Below are positions 57,557 to 64,000 of a stretch of DNA of 64,000 nucleotides, piece by piece; the stretch's first letter is position 1, and the number at the start of each line of letters is the position of its first letter. The DNA is from an uncultured Gemmatimonadales bacterium. Lineage in GTDB: Bacteria; Gemmatimonadota; Gemmatimonadetes; Longimicrobiales; Longimicrobiaceae. Both the position numbers and the translations under genes were made by a program. The DNA is taken from contig OY970303.1 of assembly GCA_963716255.1 (NCBI GenBank), forward strand, positions 4,064,001-4,128,000, written 5' to 3'. The notes beneath the pieces were generated by a model. That model ran no database searches, had not been told where the DNA came from, and saw only the letters and a list, made by a program, of their open reading frames with translations.

Positions 57557-58489
57557 TCAGATCAGCCCGGCCAGGTCGGGGAAGCCGCGGCGGATGCGCT
57601 CCGCCACCTCCGGGTGGGCGTCGAGCATGGCGAAGTCCTCGAACTCGAAGCCCGGCCCCACCGTGCACCCCACCAGCGCGAAGGCGCCCGTGGGGCGCGC
57701 CGCCTGCCAGCACCCCGCCGGCACCACGTGCACCGGCTCGCGCCCCGCGCCCGCGGGGCCCAGCAGCACGCGGTGGCAGCGGTCGCCCCCCGGGTCCAGC
57801 CAGAGCAATTCCAGCGGGTCGCCCTCGTAGAAGTGCCAGGCCTCGTCCGCGACCACGCGGTGCCAGCGGCTCTGCTCGCCCGCCGCCAGCAGGAAGTAGA
57901 TGGTGGTCAGCGCCTGGCGGTCGGCGGGGGCGCGGTCGGGGCGGACGCGCAGGTGCGAGCGGAACACCTCGCGGAAGCGGCCTCCCTCGGGGTGGGGGTG
58001 CAGGTCCAGCTCGCGGACCAGCTCGGCGGCGCGGGGGTGCATGGCGTCGGGCGGAAAGGGGAAGGCGGGCGCCGGGTCGTGGCGCAGCTCGGGCTCGTCG
58101 CCGCGGACGCGGGCGGGGTCGGGCGCCACGGCGGGCGGCGGGCAGCACCGCGCCCACGCCGCGCCGCCGCCCGCGGGGTCGGCGGCCACGACCGCCGCGA
58201 GGCGGGCGGCGTGGTCCAGGAGCGCGTCCACGTCCACCCCCAGGTGCGCGGGACGATGCGGCTCCAGCGCGCGGGCCGTCTTGCGGAGCTGGGCGGCGAC
58301 GCCCCGCGCGTTCCCGCGGCCCACGTGCACCCAGGCGCTGGCGAGCAGGATCAGCCCCCGGTAGAAGCCGCTGCGGCCCCGCCGCCAGGGCGCTTCCAGG
58401 GTCTCGTGGCTCGCCCAGAACTCGCCGCGCGCGAAGCGCTCGGCGAACTCCGCCAGCGCCGCGGGGAGGCGCGGGTCCGGGGGTGTCAC
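57557..58489 (-). CDS. DUF309 domain in frame with a cupin_5 (DUF985) domain: fusion or two genes (cupin ATG at 58042)
   Basis: 'F..GEFWASHETLE.PW...FYRGLI..A.A.VH..RGN'; then without a stop 'MHPRAAELVRELDLHPHPEGG.F.E','TTIYFLL','SRWHRV..DE.WHFYEG','CTVGPGFEFEDF'. Confidence 0.78.
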   Translation of the reverse strand: MTPPDPRLPAALAEFAERFARGEFWASHETLEAPWRRGRSGFYRGLILLASAWVHVGRGNARGVAAQLRKTARALEPHRPAHLGVDVDALLDHAARLAAVVAADPAGGGAAWARCCPPPAVAPDPARVRGDEPELRHDPAPAFPFPPDAMHPRAAELVRELDLHPHPEGGRFREVFRSHLRVRPDRAPADRQALTTIYFLLAAGEQSRWHRVVADEAWHFYEGDPLELLWLDPGGDRCHRVLLGPAGAGREPVHVVPAGCWQAARPTGAFALVGCTVGPGFEFEDFAMLDAHPEVAERIRRGFPDLAGLI

Positions 58490-61059
58490 GCCGCGGGCGG
58501 AGGAGGAGGGGCGAGGGGGAGGCGCAGCGTGAAGGTGCTCCCGTCGCCGGGGGCGCTCTCCACCGCGACGTCGCCGCCGAGGAGGCGGGCGAGCTGCCGG
58601 GCCACGCTCAGGCCCAGCCCGGTGCCGCCCGCGCTGCGGCTGATGGACTGGTCCACCTGCCAGAAGGGGTCGAAGATGCGCTCCTGCTGCTCGGGCGCGA
58701 TCCCCACCCCGGTGTCGCGGACGGCGAAGGCCACGGCGCCCGGCTCCTCCCCCACCCGCAGCACCACCTCGCCCCGGTCGGTGAACTTGACGGCGTTGCC
58801 GAGCAGGTTCACCAGCACCTGCTGCGCCCGCCCGGCGTCGGTCACCAGCGCCGGCCCGGTCTCCGGCGCTTCCACGCGGAAGGCCAGGCCGCGCTCCAGC
58901 GCCAGCGGCTCCACCAGCGCGGCGGCCTCCTGGGCGATGGCGGCGGCGTCCGCGGGCGCCGGGTGCATCTCCTCGCGGCTGGCCTCGATGCGCGAGAAGG
59001 TGAGGATCTCCTCGATGAGCCGCAGGAGGTGGCGGGCGGCGACGCGGATGCGCTCCACCTGCCTCCGGGACGGCTCCGGCAGGGCGACGGGGATCCCCAC
59101 CAGGAAAAGGTCGGTGTAGCCGATGATGGCGTTGAGCGGGGTGCGCAGCTCGTGGCTCATCACGGCCATGAAGTCGGTCTTTGCCTGGTTGGCCTCCACG
59201 GAGGCGGCGTACAGGCGCGCGTTGTCGATGGCGACGGCGGCGCGGCGGGCCACTTCGCGGGCCAGCTGCAGATCGGCTGGGCCGTAGCGGCGGCCGGAGT
59301 CGGACATCACCAGCGACAGCGCGCCGAGCACCCCGTCGCGCGCCACCAGGGGGACGCACAGGTACGAGCGCGGGTTCAGCCGCCGCAGCAGCGCCGCGTG
59401 CTGGGCGTCGCGGGCGAAGGCGGCGGCCGCCTCGTCGGTGACCTCGGGGATCAGGACGGGGGTGCGGGTGCGGACCACCTGGGGGACGCCGGCCTCGTCG
59501 CCGGAGCGGGAGGGGTAGCGGGCCCACACGTCGCGCAGGACGCTCTCGCCCTCGGGGTCGCGGTGGGCGGTCTCCACCCGGCGGATCTCGCCGTCGGGCG
59601 TCACCGCGTCGATGGTGGCGTAGTCGGCGAGGAAGGGGACGGCCAGGCGGGCCAGCTCGGCCAGGGTGCGCTCGTAGTCGAGCGAGGCCCCCAGGGCGCT
59701 CCCCGCGGCGAGGAGGAAGTGCTCGCGCTCCTCCTCCATGCGCCGGTCGTGGATGTCCAGGCACGAGCCGATGTAGCCGGTGAACTCGCCGCCGGGGGTG
59801 AACAGGGGGACGGCGCTGTTCAGCAGCCAGCGGTATTCGCCGTCGGCGCGGCGCAGCCGGTAGTCCATGCGGAAGGGGCTGCGCTCCTGGAAAAACGCGA
59901 CGTACGCTTCCATGCAGCGCTCCACGTCGTCCGGGTGCACCCCCTCGGTCCACCCGTTCCCCAGCTCCTGCTCCAGCGCGCGCCCGGTGAACTCCAGCCA
60001 GGGCCGGTTGAAGAAGTGGCAGAGCGAGTCGGTGCCGGCCATCCACACCAGCACCGGGGCCGAGTCGGCCAGGGTGCGGAAGCGGGCCTCGCTGGCGCGC
60101 AGGGCGTCCAGGGCGCGGTGCTCCTCGGTGACGTCGTCGAAGGAGGCGACCACCCCGGCCGGGCCGTCCTCCCCCGGCAGCGGCGCGGCGTTGACCCGCA
60201 TGACCGCGCTCTCGCCGTCCGCGTACTCCAACCGGTACACGGAGCCGTGCACCGGCGCCCCCTCGCGGAGGACCCGGGCCACGGGGTGCTGCTCCGCCGG
60301 GAGGGGCGCGCCGTCCAGCGCGAAGCGCCGCAGCGGGAGCGCGGGGTAGCGCTGGCCGGCGCCGCCGTCCCTGAGGCGCAGCATGCGCTCGGCGGCGGGG
60401 TTGGCCAGGGTGACGGTCCCCCCGGCGTCGAGCACGATCACCCCCGCGGCCACGGTGCGGATGATGGCGGCCAGGCGGTCGCTCGTCTCCTCGCTGTCGC
60501 GGCCGGCGGCGCGCAGCTGCTCGTTGGTGGCTTCGAGCTCGTCGCGGAGGATGATCCCCTGCTCGATCTGCTCTTCCAGCTCGGCGTTGAGCGCCTGCAT
60601 CTCCTCGGCCTGCGCTTCCAGCTCCACGGCCTGCTCCTGGAGCTGCAGGGCGAGTCGGGTGGCCTCCTCGGCGCGCTCCTCGGCCTCGGCGCGGGCGGCG
60701 CGCAATCGGTCGCTGAGCACGCTGAGCAGAAGGGAAACGCCCATGAACAGCGCCAGCCTGACCCGGTCGGGCGTGGTCGCCACGCCGAACGAGCCGGTGG
60801 GCACGAACAGGAAGTAGGCGGAGGCGAGGGCGGAGAGCACCGCGCAGAAGAGGCCGGGCCACATCCCCCCGTACCACGCGGACAGCGCCACCCCCGGGAA
60901 GAAGAACAGGAAGTAGTTGGGGGCCAGTACGCCGCGGAGCGCCAGGCACAGCAGGAGCCCCGCCGCGGTGAGCGCGGCGGGGAGCGAGTAGCGGAGCACG
61001 GCCCGTGGCCTGGCGGCGGGGGACGCGGCCTGCGGTGCGGGTGCGGCTTCCGGGCTCAT
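58486..61059 (-). CDS. Sensor histidine kinase (DUF4118-like TM region, two PAS, GAF, HisKA, HATPase)
   Basis: 4 TM helices; 'FRTLADSAPVLVW','VHPDD','AIDNARLY','MSHELRTPLNAIIGY','NLLGNAVKFT','GGTGLGL'. Confidence 0.92.
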   Translation of the reverse strand: MSPEAAPAPQAASPAARPRAVLRYSLPAALTAAGLLLCLALRGVLAPNYFLFFFPGVALSAWYGGMWPGLFCAVLSALASAYFLFVPTGSFGVATTPDRVRLALFMGVSLLLSVLSDRLRAARAEAEERAEEATRLALQLQEQAVELEAQAEEMQALNAELEEQIEQGIILRDELEATNEQLRAAGRDSEETSDRLAAIIRTVAAGVIVLDAGGTVTLANPAAERMLRLRDGGAGQRYPALPLRRFALDGAPLPAEQHPVARVLREGAPVHGSVYRLEYADGESAVMRVNAAPLPGEDGPAGVVASFDDVTEEHRALDALRASEARFRTLADSAPVLVWMAGTDSLCHFFNRPWLEFTGRALEQELGNGWTEGVHPDDVERCMEAYVAFFQERSPFRMDYRLRRADGEYRWLLNSAVPLFTPGGEFTGYIGSCLDIHDRRMEEEREHFLLAAGSALGASLDYERTLAELARLAVPFLADYATIDAVTPDGEIRRVETAHRDPEGESVLRDVWARYPSRSGDEAGVPQVVRTRTPVLIPEVTDEAAAAFARDAQHAALLRRLNPRSYLCVPLVARDGVLGALSLVMSDSGRRYGPADLQLAREVARRAAVAIDNARLYAASVEANQAKTDFMAVMSHELRTPLNAIIGYTDLFLVGIPVALPEPSRRQVERIRVAARHLLRLIEEILTFSRIEASREEMHPAPADAAAIAQEAAALVEPLALERGLAFRVEAPETGPALVTDAGRAQQVLVNLLGNAVKFTDRGEVVLRVGEEPGAVAFAVRDTGVGIAPEQQERIFDPFWQVDQSISRSAGGTGLGLSVARQLARLLGGDVAVESAPGDGSTFTLRLPLAPPPPPAA

Positions 61060-61207
61060 GCCTGCTTGGCGTGTGGACGTGGACAGCGGGTCCGGGCACC
61101 GGGACGGCGAGCAATCTACGCGGGCGGCGCCCGGCCGCCAGCGTCCGGCGCCGCTCCGTGTCCCCGGAGCATCGGCAGCCCGCCCCGGCGGACGCCAGCG
61201 AGGGACC

Positions 61208-61336
61208 CGCGTGAGGGATTTCGGCCCGAAGGGGCGAGACCCGGCGGCTGTTTGCCGGGGCTCGACTCCGTTAGCCCGCGTTGTTTGCGGGCTTACGGAG
61301 CCGAAGCCCGACCCCGGCGCAGCCGGGGGCACGCCC
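61208..61336 (-). repeat. Structured dispersed repeat family A, copy 9
   Basis: Variable stem AGCCCGC-AAACAAC-GCGGGCT. Confidence 0.95.
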
Positions 61337-61427
61337 GAACCCGGCTGGTCCCCGATCCGCCTGGCACAGGATCTGAGTGTCCGAAGTCACGTGCGGTCCA
61401 ACCCCACCCCCGGCCTCCGAAAAACCC

Positions 61428-62636
61428 GTGAACGCCACCCGTCCCACGACCGTCCTGTGCCTGTCCAGCTACCTCAAGGGGCACGAGTTCATCCGCGAGT
61501 GCAAGCGGCTCGGCTGCCGGGTGCTGCTGATCACGGTGGAAAAGCTGCGCGACGCGGACTGGCCCCGCGACAGCATCGACGAGGTGTTCTACATGCCGGA
61601 CCTGTACGTGCGCGAGGACGTGATCCACGCCATCAGCTACCTGGCGCGCAGCGAGGACATCGCCCGCATCGTCCCGCTGGACGAGTTCGACCTGGAGATG
61701 GCGTCGGCGCTGCGCGAGCACCTGCGGATCCCGGGGATGGGCGAGACCACCGTCCGCTACTTCCGCGACAAGCTGGCCATGCGCATGCGCGCCCGCGAGG
61801 CGGGGATCCTGGTGCCGGACTTCGTGGGGCTGGTCAACGACGACCGGGTCCGCGAGTTCCTGGAAACGGTGCCGGCGCCGTGGGTGCTGAAGCCGCGCTC
61901 CTCGGCGTCGGCCATCGGCATCAAGAAGCTGAGCCACGCGGACGAGGTGTGGCGCATCATGGACGAGCTGGGCGACAAGCGCTCGTTCCACCTGCTGGAG
62001 CGCTTCGTCCGCGGGCAGGTCTTCCACGTGGACTCCATCGCCTGGGAGCGGGAGATCGTCTTCCACGAGGCGCACGGCTACGTGAACCCGCCCTTCGAGG
62101 TGTACCACGGCGGCGGGCTGTTCTGCACGCGCACGCTGCCGCGGGAGTCGGAGGTGTCGCGGGCGCTCAAGGAGGCGGACCGCGAGCTGATGGGTGCCCT
62201 GGGGATGATGCGCGGGGCGCTGCACACGGAGTTCATCCGCGGCGACGAGGACGGACGCTACTACTTCCTGGAGACGGCGGCGCGGGTGGGCGGCGCCAAC
62301 ATCTCGGACATGGTGGAGGCGGCGACGGGGCTCAACCTGTGGCGGGAGTGGGCCCGGGTGGAGGTGGCGAGCGCCCGCGGCGAGGAGTACGGGGCCCCGG
62401 AGGCGCGCGACGACTCGGCGGGGCTGCTGATCTCGCTGGCGCGCCAGGAGTGGCCGGACACGGGGGCGTACGCGGACCCGGAGATCGTCTGGCGGCTGAA
62501 CAAGCGCCACCACGCGGGGCTGCTGGTGGTTTCGCCCAGCCCGGAGCGCGTGGAGGAGCTGCTGCACGACTACATGCGGCGGTTCCGCGAGGACTTCTAC
62601 GCGTCGATGCCGGCGGCGGAGTCGGCGACGGACTGA
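61428..62636 (+). CDS. ATP-grasp domain protein
   Basis: 'FRDKLAMR','WVLKPRSSASAIGIKK','LLERFV.G','HTEFI','YFLETAARVGG'. Confidence 0.85.
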   Translation: MNATRPTTVLCLSSYLKGHEFIRECKRLGCRVLLITVEKLRDADWPRDSIDEVFYMPDLYVREDVIHAISYLARSEDIARIVPLDEFDLEMASALREHLRIPGMGETTVRYFRDKLAMRMRAREAGILVPDFVGLVNDDRVREFLETVPAPWVLKPRSSASAIGIKKLSHADEVWRIMDELGDKRSFHLLERFVRGQVFHVDSIAWEREIVFHEAHGYVNPPFEVYHGGGLFCTRTLPRESEVSRALKEADRELMGALGMMRGALHTEFIRGDEDGRYYFLETAARVGGANISDMVEAATGLNLWREWARVEVASARGEEYGAPEARDDSAGLLISLARQEWPDTGAYADPEIVWRLNKRHHAGLLVVSPSPERVEELLHDYMRRFREDFYASMPAAESATD

Positions 62637-62643
62637 AAACGGC

Positions 62644-62706
62644 AGGGAACAGGGAACAGCCTGCAACGGCAAAGGCGCCCCGCCGGGAAGGTCCCGGCGG
62701 GGCGCC
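62644..62706. terminator. Family C motif followed by a 15-bp hairpin between convergent genes
   Basis: AGGGAACAGGGAACAGCCTGCAAC 62644-62667; GGCGCCCCGCCGGGA-agg-TCCCGGCGGGGCGCC 62674-62706. Confidence 0.7.
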
Positions 62707-62738
62707 GTTCGTTCGGGCGAAGGTGGATGTGGAATCGG

Positions 62739-63218
62739 CTACCCGCGGTCTCCCGCGAGCAGGGCTTCCAGCTTGTCCAGGCAGAGACGCCAGCCTTCGC
62801 GGTTGCCCTCGCGGTCCATCTCGGTGAGCAGGCGGTCCTGGCGGATGGTCAGCTCGGTGGTGCCCGCGCCGGTGTCGCGGAAGTCCACCGTCAGCAGGGT
62901 GGGGTAGCGGCCGGCGGGGTGGCTGGGGCCCTCGTACACCCAGGTCTTCACCAGCCGCTCGCCGGGAACCAGCTCGCGGTACTCGCCGGTGGTGGTGTGG
63001 TGGTTCCCCATGGGGTCCACCACCACGACGCGGTAGCTGCCGCCCACGCGCGCGTCCGCGGCGGCCTCCACCACTTCCAGCCGCCCCGGAGCGAGCCACC
63101 GCCGGAGCAGCGCGGGGTCGGTCCACGCCTCGAACACGCGGTCCGGCGGCGCGCCGATGGTGCGCACCACCGTGAGGGTGGGCGGGGCGGTCCGGTCCTG
63201 CGGGTCACGCACGCTCAC
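62739..63218 (-). CDS. SRPBCC/AHSA1-domain protein
   Basis: 'RTIGAPPDRVFEAWTDP..L.RW','DARVGGSYR','PGERLV.TW','EGWRLCLDKLEA'; GTGA overlap. Confidence 0.88.
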   Translation of the reverse strand: MSVRDPQDRTAPPTLTVVRTIGAPPDRVFEAWTDPALLRRWLAPGRLEVVEAAADARVGGSYRVVVVDPMGNHHTTTGEYRELVPGERLVKTWVYEGPSHPAGRYPTLLTVDFRDTGAGTTELTIRQDRLLTEMDREGNREGWRLCLDKLEALLAGDRG

Positions 63219-63592
63219 TGCTGGGCGATCTGGATGTAGTTGCCGCAGGTGTCGTCGAAGACGGCCTCGATGCCCCAGTCGGTCGTCGTGGGCTCCTTTT
63301 TGAAGACGACGCCCCGGTCCCTCAGCCGCTCGTACTCGGCCTGCACGTCCGGCACGCCGAAGACGATGACGGGGAGCCCGGCGTCGTAGATGCCCTTCTG
63401 GAACTCCCTGGCGCCCAGGTTCTGGTTGGGCTCCAGGAGCAGCCCGGTCCCGTCCGGGTCCTCGGGCGAGGCCACGATGGCGAGGTAGTACTCCGGCATG
63501 TACATCTTTTCCACGAAGCCGAGCTTCTCCGTGTAGAACTTGAAGGCTTCCAGCGGGTCGTTCACGAAGACACTGGTCATCGCGATCTTCAT
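63215..63592 (-). CDS. VOC/glyoxalase family protein
   Basis: 'SVFVND...A.KFYTEKLGF','F.V.DVQAEYERL..RGV.F','FDDTCGNYIQI'. Confidence 0.92.
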   Translation of the reverse strand: MKIAMTSVFVNDPLEAFKFYTEKLGFVEKMYMPEYYLAIVASPEDPDGTGLLLEPNQNLGAREFQKGIYDAGLPVIVFGVPDVQAEYERLRDRGVVFKKEPTTTDWGIEAVFDDTCGNYIQIAQQ

Positions 63593-63942
63593 CGGGGTTC
63601 TTCCTCGGCGTGGGGGGGAGGGGGGCGGAACAGGGATTCCAGCGCGTCCAGGCGGTCGCTCCAGAAGCGTTCGTAGTAGGCGAGCCACTCCTGCGCCTGG
63701 GCGAGCCGCGCGGCGTCGAGACGGCAGCGGTGGGTGCGGCCCTGGACCGTGCGCTGTACCAGCCCGGCGCGCTCCAGCACCTTGATGTGCTTGGACGCGG
63801 CCGCGAGCGACATGCGAAACGGCTCCGCCAGCTCGCCCACCGTCCGCTCGCGCCCCGCCAGGCGGTGCAGCATCTCGCGGCGGGTGGGGTCGGCAAGCGC
63901 CTGGAACACGCGGCTCAGCTCGTCGGCCTGTCTCTCAACCAT
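63589..63942 (-). CDS. ArsR/SmtB-family transcriptional regulator
   Basis: 'VFQALADPTRR','TVGELAEPF.MSLAAASKHIKVLERAGLV','W..RLDAL'. Confidence 0.93.
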   Translation of the reverse strand: MVERQADELSRVFQALADPTRREMLHRLAGRERTVGELAEPFRMSLAAASKHIKVLERAGLVQRTVQGRTHRCRLDAARLAQAQEWLAYYERFWSDRLDALESLFRPPPPHAEEEPR

Positions 63943-63990
63943 GTGGTTGAGGATAGGCGGGCGACACCGGATTGTCAACCATGTGGTTGA
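63935..63990 (-). promoter_or_regulatory. Sigma-70 promoter with two identical palindromic operators; leaderless start
   Basis: Minus-strand TTGACA (63978-63973), 17 bp, TATCCT (63955-63950); TCAACCATGTGGTTGA at 63935-63950 and 63975-63990. Confidence 0.85.
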
Positions 63991-64000
63991 TGATCGGGCC

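Overview
Very GC-rich bacterial chromosomal window. Gene content and style suggest Gemmatimonadota/Longimicrobiaceae, which is an inference. It holds about 48 genes: two giant secreted Ig-repeat/beta-helix proteins around a module of three tail-collar proteins, a GNAT and DUF6916; many signalling genes (histidine kinases, NtrC, GGDEF, MCP-like, FHA/PP2C, Ser/Thr kinase-RCC1); pckA; two toxin-antitoxin pairs whose toxins both appear frameshifted; a CHAT-NTPase-TPR NLR-like gene with a small partner; and an ArsR-VOC-SRPBCC operon. Three signals stand out. (1) A ~130-nt dispersed, highly structured element occurs in 9 full copies plus 1 variant; its 7-bp stem changes sequence between copies with perfect compensatory pairing under a conserved AAACAAC loop. 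(2) A TPR protein converges on a small lipoprotein-type precursor carrying a twice-repeated GxHLIGxGN core; the precursor and the TPR C-terminal half share one lower-GC block, suggesting a Rap-Phr/RRNPP-like peptide signalling cassette. (3) The tail-collar module sits between giant adhesins with no phage genes nearby. Domain calls come from motif recognition by eye; no searches were run.
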